Assembly (NCBI GenBank): GCA_000503915.1
Contig: CP006915.1
Location: 420,001-452,000 of the forward strand
Source: Candidatus Saccharimonadota bacterium
Lineage (GTDB): Bacteria; Patescibacteriota; Saccharimonadia; Saccharimonadales; Saccharimonadaceae
Direction: 5' to 3'
Length of the DNA stretch: 32,000 nucleotides
In this document: positions 8,355-15,913 of the stretch, piece after piece
Layout of the letters: the number at the start of each line of letters is the position of its first letter
Position numbering within the stretch: the stretch's first letter is position 1
Made by a program: the position numbers and the translations under genes
Notes under the pieces: model-generated
What the model was told of the DNA's origin: nothing
Databases searched by the model: none
What the model saw: the letters and a program-made list of their open reading frames with translations, nothing else

Positions 8355-8467
8355 TTGATTGCTCCTTTTTTCTAAGACTCGTACAATTGTAACGGATATT
8401 CCTCTTGAGGTCAAGGGGCGTGACGATAGTGGAGTGATGTATTCGGTTCTCCTGTATAATGGAGTGA

Positions 8468-9100
8468 GTGGATATTGGTTATTTATTTATCATCCTGGTA
8501 GTTATCTTATTCTCGATGACGTTGCACGAGGCTATGCACGGCTTTGTTGCTTACTGGCTTGGCGACGATACGGCAAAACTGCAAGGAAGATTAACGCTTA
8601 ATCCAATCCGACATATTGACCCGTTTCTCACGTTGCTACTACCTCTGTTGCTTGCGCTTGCGGGTGGTCCGATCTTCGGTGGTGCCAAGCCAGTGCCATT
8701 CAATCCGGCACGTGTCAGGTATGATGAATGGGGCGCGGCTCTTGTCGCTGCTGCTGGTCCACTGACGAACTTTGTGATAGCCTTCGTACTTTTTGGAATA
8801 TATGCCATGATCGGTACACCGCAAAGTGGTTTCTTGGCGCAATTTTTGATAGCGGGTGTTTATGTAAACCTCGGCTTCTTTATCTTTAATAGCCTGCCGA
8901 TCCCTCCGCTTGATGGCTCACGGGTACTCTATGCTCTGGCGCCAGAATTTGTTCGGCGAGGTATGGAGGCGATTGAGCGATTCGGGCTAATTGTGGTATT
9001 CGCCATCGTTCTCCTTGCTGGCTCGGTTATCGGTGGTATTATGCTGGCTGCACTCAACTTCTTTTGGCAATTATTTAGCGCTATCTTTGGACTGCACTAA
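8468..9100 (+). CDS. site-2 protease family (peptidase M50) membrane metalloprotease
   Basis: 210 aa, polytopic. HExxH (LHEAMHG), then GRLTLNPIRHIDP and NSLPIPPLDGSRV, typical of small M50 proteins. GTG start; exact start uncertain. Confidence 0.8.
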   Translation: MDIGYLFIILVVILFSMTLHEAMHGFVAYWLGDDTAKLQGRLTLNPIRHIDPFLTLLLPLLLALAGGPIFGGAKPVPFNPARVRYDEWGAALVAAAGPLTNFVIAFVLFGIYAMIGTPQSGFLAQFLIAGVYVNLGFFIFNSLPIPPLDGSRVLYALAPEFVRRGMEAIERFGLIVVFAIVLLAGSVIGGIMLAALNFFWQLFSAIFGLH

Positions 9101-9122
9101 GAGGCTGGTGGTATAATAGAAG

Positions 9123-9270
9123 TGTCCCCCAGTGGACGCGACGTAAATGATTTCCTAACGTCATTTGATAGGAAGCTCGATATTCTGGACCACTGTGGTG
9201 ATCCTCTGAGAGCCTCCACCTTGCACTTACGCGGGGATATATCAAGCGTCCGTCCGTCTGGGGGTTTTGT
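9123..9270 (+). ncRNA. candidate small RNA of unknown class
   Basis: Extended -10 TGgTATAAT (9109-9117). The ends pair: CCCCCAG (9126-9132) with CTGGGGG (9258-9264), GGACG with CGTCC, and GACG with CGTC. Followed immediately by TTTTGTTTGTT. No ORF. Confidence 0.4.
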
Positions 9271-9292
9271 TTGTTATAATAAATTGCGGTAG

Positions 9293-9437
9293 CGGGGTTT
9301 GGCGCAGTCTGGTAGCGCGCACGCCTGGGGTGAGACGAGCCGGTGGCTCGTCGTAAGGAAATCTTCCGATGGCGGCTATGCTGCCAATCGTGAAGTTTCG
9401 GGGTCGCCGAAGGTGACCGTGAGGAACCTCATGCCGG
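9293..9437 (+). pseudogene. disrupted tRNA-Pro(GGG) copy carrying the 86-nt element in its anticodon loop
   Basis: 9293-9330 is identical to the first 38 nt of the intact tRNA at 9466. After the insert, CCGTGAGGAACCTCATGCCGG loosely resembles GCGTGAGGTCATCGG. There is no T loop or 3' acceptor strand. Confidence 0.75.
9331..9416 (+). ncRNA. unclassified 86-nt structured RNA element, copy 1
   Basis: Collinear with 29388-29473: 62/86 identical, no indels. Hairpins at 9336-9350, 9358-9399 (nested long hairpin) and 9404-9416. 9 compensatory pair changes between copies. Confidence 0.65.
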
Positions 9438-9465
9438 AGGACGTGTCGTATAATAGAACAAGTAG

Positions 9466-9542
9466 CGGGGTTTGGCGCAGTCTGGTAGCGCGCACGCCTG
9501 GGGGGCGTGAGGTCATCGGTTCAAGTCCGGTAACCCCGACCA
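9466..9542 (+). tRNA. tRNA-Pro (anticodon GGG)
   Basis: CGGGGTT-TG-GCGC..GCGC-G-CACGC-CTGGGGG-GCGTG-AGGTC-ATCGG-TTCAAGT-CCGGT-AACCCCG-A-CCA. TATAAT lies 11 nt upstream. Confidence 0.93.
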
Positions 9543-9559
9543 AAGCTATCTCTTCATGT

Positions 9560-9637
9560 CGGGGTGTGGCGCAGTCAGGCAAGCGCGCACCGTTCGGGAC
9601 GGTGAGGTCGCTGGTTCAAATCCAGTCACCCCGACCA
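9560..9637 (+). tRNA. tRNA-Pro (anticodon CGG)
   Basis: CGGGGTG...CACCG-TTCGGGA-CGGTG-AGGTC-GCTGG-TTCAAAT-CCAGT-CACCCCG-A-CCA. Confidence 0.95.
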
Positions 9638-9699
9638 GAGTAGGATATAATAAAGTAGATGACAACAGTAATCTTCCAATATAAACAGAGGAATAAACA

Positions 9700-10584
9700 G
9701 TGAAGCAGCTTATCTCGGTGCGGGCAATTATCCGCGACGGTGGAAAAACCCTCCTACTTCGGCGGGCAAACGGCCGCCAGACTATATTGGGTAACTATGA
9801 ATTACCCGGCGGAAAGCTTGGCTACGGAGAGCAGCCCGAAGATGCACTGGGACGGTATATCAAGAATGACCTAGGACTCCATCTTCAAACGGTTCAGCTA
9901 GCGGACGTGTTGACGTATATCGATCATGACGATCGAGACATTCAGTATACGTTCATTCTCTACCTTGCCAGTGTGGTAAACCCCGACACTATTACATTAA
10001 GTGAGAGCTATGATCGGTATCAATGGAAGAGGATAAGAGAAGTCGAGCAGGGAAGCCTTACTGAATCGGCAAAGTTATTGCTGGGTATCGCAGAACAGCA
10101 AGTTACTGGGGTGAAAGAGGGCGAACTGGTTGAAAAACCTATCACTGAAAAGTTACCCGACGACGGTAGTCATGTTATTATCTATTCCGATGGTGGGTCG
10201 CGAGGCAATCCGGGTCCTTCCGCTTCGGGTTTTGTGATTATGAATGCCCATGAAGAAGTGATTCACCAGGGTGGTATGTACTTGGGTGTCACCACTAACA
10301 ACCAGGCTGAATATCATGGTGTACGCTTAGGCCTTGAGAAGGCAGGTGAGCTTGGAGCGAAGACGGTAGATTTTCGAATGGATAGCCTGCTCGTCGTAAA
10401 CCAGCTAAATGGCGTCTACAAGATAAAAAACCGCGATCTGTGGCCGATTAGCGAACGGATTCGTGAACTAGCTAGTGGGTTTGAGAAAGTAACCTTTAGT
10501 CATGTGCGGCGTGAGTTCAACCAGCTGGCCGATGGGATGGTGAATAAGATATTGGACGCTCAAGACACCAATAGGCGTAAATAA
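9700..10584 (+). CDS. Nudix-like domain fused to RNase HI
   Basis: 294 aa, GTG start with AGAGGA RBS. N-terminal Nudix fold with a degenerate box (GGKLGYGEQPEDALGRYIKNDLGL). C-terminal RNase HI: YSDGGSRGNPGPSASGF, NNQAEY, DSLLVVNQL, REFNQLADGMVN. Confidence 0.8.
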   Translation: MKQLISVRAIIRDGGKTLLLRRANGRQTILGNYELPGGKLGYGEQPEDALGRYIKNDLGLHLQTVQLADVLTYIDHDDRDIQYTFILYLASVVNPDTITLSESYDRYQWKRIREVEQGSLTESAKLLLGIAEQQVTGVKEGELVEKPITEKLPDDGSHVIIYSDGGSRGNPGPSASGFVIMNAHEEVIHQGGMYLGVTTNNQAEYHGVRLGLEKAGELGAKTVDFRMDSLLVVNQLNGVYKIKNRDLWPISERIRELASGFEKVTFSHVRREFNQLADGMVNKILDAQDTNRRK

Positions 10585-10600
10585 TGGTATAATGGCCTCT

Positions 10601-10936
10601 AGCAGCCCGCTAGGCGATCGCCGTATCCTAACGGATAGGGAGGAAAGTCCGGGCAGCGTAGGACAAGGCAGTTGCTAACGGCAACCGGAGGAAACTCTAG
10701 GGAAAGTGCCACAGAAACAAAACAGCCCCGCCTTGGTGGAGCTACGATGAAACGAGTGCGGTAAGAGCGCACAGTCCGGCATGGTGACATGTCGGGGAGG
10801 TAAACCCAGCCTGCTGCAAGGAGGATCACACTAAAGAGTTGTCCGCTCGTGATCCGCTAACCGCTCGAATAACGTGGCAACACGCTATCTAGATAGATGG
10901 TCGCCCCAGACAGAACCCGGCTTATCGGCGCGCTGC
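10601..10936 (+). ncRNA. rnpB: RNase P RNA, bacterial type A
   Basis: Conserved blocks GAGGAAAGTCCGGGC, CCACAGAAA, GCGGTAAGAGCGCAC and AGACAGAACCCGGCTTAT. The ends pair (GCAGCCCGC / GCGCGCTGC). Extended -10 TGgTATAAT at 10585-10593. Confidence 0.9.
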
Positions 10937-10943
10937 ATCAAAA

Positions 10944-10973
10944 AATACCCTTCAATGAAGAAGGGTATTTTTC
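10944..10973. terminator. bidirectional rho-independent terminator
   Basis: Stem AATACCCTTC (10944-10953) / GAAGGGTATT (10960-10969), with an A-run before and a T-run after. Sits between rnpB (+) and rplT (-). Confidence 0.65.
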
Positions 10974-10985
10974 GTGGGGAGGGCT

Positions 10986-11327
10986 TTATTCTACGCTCTT
11001 AACGATAGCGCTGAATGCCCGTGGTTCAGTGACTGCTAGTTCAGCTAATACCTTGCGGTCGAGTTCAACACCTGCTTTCTTGAGACCGGCAATCAGCCGT
11101 CCGTAGGTGGTACCATTTTCGCGGGCAGCGGCGTTAATGCGAGTGATCCAGAGGCGACGAAGGTCACGTTTGCGGTTACGGCGATCCCGGTATGCATACT
11201 GCAACGCGCGGATAACACCTTGTTTCGCTAGGCGGAAGCTACGCGTCCGGTTGTGCTGCATACCTTTGGCCGCTTTTAGTATCTTTTTGTGCTTCGCGCG
11301 GGCGGGAACACTTCGTTTTACTCGCAT
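10986..11327 (-). CDS. rplT: 50S ribosomal protein L20
   Basis: 113 aa. [22 protein letters not shown]...[29 protein letters not shown] is the L20 signature. Confidence 0.95.
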   Translation of the reverse strand: MRVKRSVPARAKHKKILKAAKGMQHNRTRSFRLAKQGVIRALQYAYRDRRNRKRDLRRLWITRINAAARENGTTYGRLIAGLKKAGVELDRKVLAELAVTEPRAFSAIVKSVE

Positions 11328-11524
11328 TATTTTGCTCCTAGGGCTTGCTTGATATTCTTGGCGATCCGACCAGTGATTGCACCAGTAGAATTGATCGCTC
11401 GTTTACGACTTTTGCTTTTCTTGGCCAATAGGTGACCCCCGGAAGCACGTTGCCGGGTAATTTTACCGCTGCCAGTGATCTTCACTCGCTTAGCGGTGCC
11501 TTTATGCGTTTTAAGCTTTGGCAT
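11327..11524 (-). CDS. rpmI: 50S ribosomal protein L35
   Basis: 65 aa. [37 protein letters not shown] is the L35 signature. 1-nt overlaps with both neighbours. Confidence 0.95.
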   Translation of the reverse strand: MPKLKTHKGTAKRVKITGSGKITRQRASGGHLLAKKSKSRKRAINSTGAITGRIAKNIKQALGAK

Positions 11525-12030
11525 TATTTACTCCTTACTGTAATACTCAGGTTGCGACCAGCCATTTGCGGCTGCTGTTCGACGGTGGCGTCATCTTCCA
11601 GGAGCGCAATAATACGATTAATCATATCGTAACCGAGCTCCTTATGTGCCATTTCGCGACCACGATAGAAGATCTGAATGCGAACCTTATGGCCTTCAGC
11701 GAGGAAGGCACGGATCTTTCGCAATTTGATGTCAAGGTCTCCGCTACCGATCTTGAGACCGAACCGCATCTGTTTCAGCTCACTTTGCTTACTTTTAACG
11801 CGGTTCTTCTGTTGTTCCTTCATCTTCTGGTACTGGTACTTTCCCCAGTCGATGATTTTTGCAACCGGCGGGTGCGCATTCGGAGATATCTCAACCAGAT
11901 CGACGCCGGCTTCTTCGGCTGCTTTGAGCGCTTCATTCCGGGGGAGGATACCGAGTTGTTCCCCGCTTGGCCCGATGACGCGTAACTCACTTGCTCGAAT
12001 TGCCTCGTTGATACGAATGTTTTGGCTGAT
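11524..12030 (-). CDS. infC: translation initiation factor IF-3, non-canonical AUC start
   Basis: The track shows only the C-domain (from M at 11823). Hand translation upstream gives ISQNIRINEAIRASELRVIGPSGEQLGILPRNEALKAAEEAGVDLVEISPNAHPPVAKIIDWGKYQYQK, the IF3 N-domain. No in-frame ATG/GTG/TTG lies between the upstream stop and this domain. AAGGAG lies 9 nt before ATC at 12030. Confidence 0.85.
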   Translation of the reverse strand: MSQNIRINEAIRASELRVIGPSGEQLGILPRNEALKAAEEAGVDLVEISPNAHPPVAKIIDWGKYQYQKMKEQQKNRVKSKQSELKQMRFGLKIGSGDLDIKLRKIRAFLAEGHKVRIQIFYRGREMAHKELGYDMINRIIALLEDDATVEQQPQMAGRNLSITVRSK

Positions 12031-12130
12031 GTTAGTGGTCTCCTTTATGATTACTTGACCGATGCATGGACTACATCGCTGCCTGAGTGGTTAACTCGCT
12101 AGCTATCGTACCATATTACTGGGGTATATT

Positions 12131-13660
12131 TCAAGAGGTGATGAGTCGGTACTGAAGTGCCTCTGCGACATGTTCTGGCCTAATTTGTTGGCTGCCCTCA
12201 AGATCGGCAATAGTTCGGGCTACTTTAATAATCTTGAAGTAGCTACGTGCGCTAACATTGAGCCGCTCGGCAGCTTGAGCCAGAATGGTGCGTACACTTG
12301 GTGAGAGATAAATTTGGCGATTAACCTCCCGAGAGGATAGATTACTGTTGTTTACGATACTACTTTTATACCTAGAATGCTGGAGGCTAGTGGCATTTTT
12401 TATATTTTCTACGGTCTTTTTATGTTGTATGGAAGTCATCGGTTTACTCTCCAGTAACGCTTCATTCGGTACACGCTTGACGGAAACGACCAGATCAATA
12501 CGATCAAGCAAGGGGCCAGAAAGGCGCTGTTGATAGGCAAGGATCTGGTTTGAAGTGCAGGTACACTCACGTTTCTCGTCACCTAGATAACCACAAGGAC
12601 AGGGATTCATTGTCGCTACCATCATGAAATCCGCTGGATAGACAACGTGACCGTTTGCGCGGCTGATAGAGACGCGTTTGTCCTCGAGAGGCTGTCGCAA
12701 TGACTCGAGGACGGCGCGCGGGTATTCGGGCAGTTCGTCGAGGAAAAGTACGCCGAGATGAGCGAGGCTAACTTCACCCGGCTTTGGTCGGTTACCACCC
12801 CCGATAAGAGCGATACGGCTAGCCGTATGGTGCGGGGAGCGAAAGGGCCGTTCGTTTACAATACCATCGATGACATCACCACTAAGACTGTGGAGTTTTG
12901 TAACAGCGATTTGTTCGGATCGATCGAGCGGAGGTAATAACGAAAGCAGCGTTTGGGCGAGCATTGTTTTTCCGGCACCAGGTGAGCCGGTCAAAAGGAT
13001 ATTGTGACGACCCGCCGCCGCAATGGCGATGGCGCGTTTGGCTTGTTCTTGACCGTGGATATCATCAAGGAGTGGGAGGTGCGATGCGACAGGGGTAGAA
13101 CGAGGAGGTATTGCTACCGCTGGAGTAAAAATAGGTAAGCGCTGCTCGTGCTTGAGGTGGAGAAAGAGCTCTTTTAGATTGGCAACCCCTATGACCTCTA
13201 GATCGTCAACTAGGCTGGCTTGCTCTGCATTGATCGCGGGGACGTAAATCGTATGACAACCGTGGTGGTGTGCTGTCTCGGCGATGGAGACTACTCCCTT
13301 GATAGGACGGAGAGTGCCGTCAAGCGCTAGCTCTCCGGCAAATATGGCCTCACTAACCTCGGTGGCGAGTAGCTGACCGCTGCTGACGAGGATGGCGAGC
13401 GCTATTGGCAAGTCGTAATGACTGCCGTCCTTGGGTAGCTCGGCGGGGGCGAGATTAACAACCAGCTTCTTGGTTGGAAAATCGAGCAAGGAGTTCGTGA
13501 TAGCGCTCCGGACACGTTCTTTGGCCTCATCGATCGCCTTATTTCCCATACCGACGATCTGGAGACTAGGGAGGCCGTTCTTTATATCACACTCAACCTC
13601 TATTAAAGAGCCGTCAAACCCGACGGGTGCTGCGGATAATACTTTTGATACCCCCGACAT
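12131..13660 (-). CDS. YifB/ComM family Mg-chelatase-like AAA+ ATPase
   Basis: 509 aa. N-terminal Lon-protease-like domain (GLPSLQIVGMGNKAIDEAKERVRSAI), Walker A GSPGAGKT, Walker B LFLDELPE, zinc-like CPCGYLGDEKRECTC, C-terminal Mg-chelatase domain. Confidence 0.85.
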   Translation of the reverse strand: MSGVSKVLSAAPVGFDGSLIEVECDIKNGLPSLQIVGMGNKAIDEAKERVRSAITNSLLDFPTKKLVVNLAPAELPKDGSHYDLPIALAILVSSGQLLATEVSEAIFAGELALDGTLRPIKGVVSIAETAHHHGCHTIYVPAINAEQASLVDDLEVIGVANLKELFLHLKHEQRLPIFTPAVAIPPRSTPVASHLPLLDDIHGQEQAKRAIAIAAAGRHNILLTGSPGAGKTMLAQTLLSLLPPLDRSEQIAVTKLHSLSGDVIDGIVNERPFRSPHHTASRIALIGGGNRPKPGEVSLAHLGVLFLDELPEYPRAVLESLRQPLEDKRVSISRANGHVVYPADFMMVATMNPCPCGYLGDEKRECTCTSNQILAYQQRLSGPLLDRIDLVVSVKRVPNEALLESKPMTSIQHKKTVENIKNATSLQHSRYKSSIVNNSNLSSREVNRQIYLSPSVRTILAQAAERLNVSARSYFKIIKVARTIADLEGSQQIRPEHVAEALQYRLITS

Positions 13661-13725
13661 TACACTAAGTTAACCATAGGTAGTATCTATCCGCAAACTA
13701 TGGTATAATTATAGAGGTCGATCGA

Positions 13726-14133
13726 GGGGCTGATACAGCTTTCGACAGATGGATCTTAACAACCTGCTCTGCAAGTCGCTTCAACAGACGTAATCTGTTA
13801 TATAATTGCAAACTTTATTGCAAAAGCAAAGACTGGACTAGCGAAATTAGCTGATGCTGTTCGCGTTCAGACCCTTGCGCCAGCATTGGTCTAATCTCCA
13901 ATGCCGTGGTCGTCCAGATACCTATTATGGATGGACTGCGTCATAGTAATAGGTAAACGATACGATCCAGTGCTCCAGTGGATCGTGGCGAGACTGTTCT
14001 GTAGCCCATGCTTTGTTCACGTTCGTTCCGTTTCTTGGAACCGAGCATGGCTAAAACAACAAATGGAACTAAGCTTGTAGACGAGTAGGAGGTTACCGTT
14101 TGGACGCGGGGGCAGTACCCGCCAGCTCCACCA
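13726..14133 (+). ncRNA. ssrA: tmRNA
   Basis: 5' end GGGGCTGATACAGCTTTCGACAG and 3' end GGACGCGGGGGCAGTACCCGCCAGCTCCACCA form the tRNA-Ala-like domain with G3:U. Candidate tag ORF GCA at 13808 to TAA at 13892-13894. TGgTATAAT at 13701-13709. Confidence 0.9.
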
Positions 14134-14145
14134 TGACCGCATACT

Positions 14146-14175
14146 AAATCGCCGCGAAATCGGCGATTTTTTGTT
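14146..14175 (+). terminator. rho-independent terminator after ssrA
   Basis: Stem AAATCGCCG (14146-14154) / CGGCGATTT (14161-14169), followed by a T-run. Confidence 0.7.
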
Positions 14176-14201
14176 GGCGTTTTTCTTTGACTGGCATGAA
14201 A

Positions 14202-14233
14202 AAACAACCGCCTGCGAGGAACGGTTGTTTTTG
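14202..14233. terminator. second terminator-like hairpin
   Basis: Stem AAACAACCG (14202-14210) / CGGTTGTTT (14222-14230). A-run upstream and T-run downstream. Confidence 0.5.
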
Positions 14234-15897
14234 TGTGGAGTTTTTTGGTTTCTTTTTTGTTTTTGGCTCCTGCATAATTTTTTTATTCAGAAGCTACCCC
14301 TATAATAGGCCGTGAAAACGTTTATGTCAATAACTTTTTTCAAAAAAGTTTTGGTAAAAAACACTACGTGATTTTGGCTGTGGATTGCGTAGACGGATGG
14401 CGCAAATGAGGCGTCGTGCTGGAGTGTTATGCCAGTTTTAAAAACTCGGGAATCGAATGATAACATTCAAGCTTTGGGTTGAGGTAATGATTTGGCAAAG
14501 TAGTTTTGGCTAGGCAGCCTGGCGGAGAGAAGATATAAGAGTTAACAGTTGGCGCCATCAGGATTTCCCAATGGGGCTATGGCTATGCGCGGTCACGACG
14601 AGGAGCGGTCATAGAGGCCTCTATGACGCTGCTTAGTGATGAGTTTTGCCTATCCTTGAGCGGGCTAATATAATAAGGCTAATCCTTTCCCGTAAAAGGC
14701 ACCATAAAAGAGGCAGCGCATGACATACCTCACCCTATATAGCGTAGAAATATCGGGAACCTCTACTATCTTTGAGTTGCTAGTCCGTGGTCGGGACATT
14801 AGATGGTCTAATTCGGAGTCCTAACGTCTACGCAAGACAAGTTTTGCCCTTCAGTTGTTAGTGACTTGGCATAGGGGTGAACCATCAGGGCAACCTTAAC
14901 CTTGCTTCGGGGATGGCAGGGCAGATACTATGTGGTCTGTTCCTTCTGGTGGGGCAATAACGGTATCAAGCTATATCTGATCATCTGTGCCGTATACCGG
15001 CGGGCAACTCCGGTAGGTAAAATACACGACGCAGCAGGCAATTGGCTTAATGGTACGTCAGGTTCGTCGACAGCAATCAACTACACGGTCAGGTAGTTGC
15101 CGGATCCGCCTTAATATGTGTATACACCATCAGTGAGCGTGATGAGGCTCTTGCGTGTACGTGTGCCACGTCTTAATGCAGCCACTTCTACCCGGCAAGA
15201 GCACACTATAGCTATCACAGGCCTGATGATAGTAAGTAGCCATCGCTCAGCAGCTGTACCGACAGCTATTCGACCGATTAGACTTGGAATGGTGTGGGGC
15301 AAGTAGCTCGACATTGATCAAACCACTACTGTAACGTTGCTATAAGTACATCGCTGTAATAAAACCGTCTAGACTGTTTCGGAGAGGTTAAATGTACGTT
15401 GTATATTTAACCTACAATATATACATCAAAATTATTGACCAACGAGTTAGCCTATGCTACTGTAAGGGTAAGCTTTTCACAAAAACAAAAAAAGCCAAAA
15501 ACACCTTTACAATTAAATCTGCTCCGACGGAAAGTCGATAACGGCAGAAAACCACTTTTGAACTGCTGACCTTCAGTAGCTCATGCACCTTCCTTTTATG
15601 TGGTTTATGATGGCGTTATCGATGCTCCGCCGTTCTCTCTTTCAGAGAAAACTGTGTTTGAGCGCCGGATTAGTACCGACGCGCTGAGTTAATCCTTGTT
15701 ACCATCCAAAGGTAATAGTGACTCCACTCAGCGTGTGCGTGGAACCTCCAATACATTGCCCCAGCAATTGCTGGAGCGGTCAGTTGTCTCGAGCGGCTAG
15801 CTCGTCTATCGACACACGCGTTAAATATATATTTTTGAACGGTCAGTGCTTGTCTAGACACACGGTTAGTCGCTCAGACACCAAATCTTTTATTAAA
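14234..15897. other. 1.7-kb ORF-free block: candidate large non-coding RNA(s) or decayed DNA
   Basis: No ORF over 67 aa in six frames. TAA, TAG and TGA all occur frequently in the frame I translated, and the six-frame track shows no ORF over 67 aa. Base composition looks ordinary from about 14380 to 15400. Contains nested complementary segments and several perfect palindromes. Confidence 0.5.
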
Positions 15898-15913
15898 ATG
15901 GTATAGTGGTGGT

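Noticed and set aside
8355-8414. 20-codon N-terminal extension of L28 in the ORF track
   Set aside because: L28 homology starts at MAARCELTG. The internal ATG at 8354 has an AGGAG RBS, and the extension has no RBS.
9123-9270. SRP (4.5S) RNA or 5S rRNA identity for the small RNA candidate
   Set aside because: It has no GNRA-capped helix 8 with the near-invariant AGCA/GGAA loops (only GGAAGC followed by TCG). It has no 5S CCGAAC...GAAGTGAAAC motifs. Left unclassified.
9331-9416. Group I intron or hammerhead ribozyme interpretation of the 86-nt element
   Set aside because: It is far too short for group I (no P3-P9 core) and there is no matching 3' exon to restore a tRNA. UGAGA-stem-UCGUAAGG does not fit the CUGAUGA-stem-GAAA hammerhead core. 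A PATE-like mobile origin is kept only as an alternative in the findings.
9299-9643. 114-aa plus-strand and 68-aa minus-strand ORFs
   Set aside because: They span two tRNA-Pro genes, the disrupted copy and the 86-nt element; read-through of RNA genes.
10599-10829. 76-aa minus-strand ORF
   Set aside because: Antisense to RNase P RNA.
11518-12058. 155-aa and 126-aa plus-strand ORFs
   Set aside because: Antisense to infC, whose IF3 homology is unambiguous.
13941-14207. 88-aa minus-strand ORF
   Set aside because: Antisense to the 3' half of tmRNA and its terminator.
14234-15897. Alternative genetic code, CRISPR array or ssrA-integrated island for the ORF-free block
   Set aside because: TAA, TAG and TGA all interrupt the frame I translated, and no frame has an ORF over 67 aa, so no single-codon reassignment is likely to open a gene. 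There are no regularly spaced direct repeats. I found no downstream copy of the tmRNA 3' end (CCCGCCAGCTCCACCA) that would mark an att site, and no integrase. The short ORFs at 14902-15096, 15111-15314, 15670-15906 overlap each other on both strands and look random.
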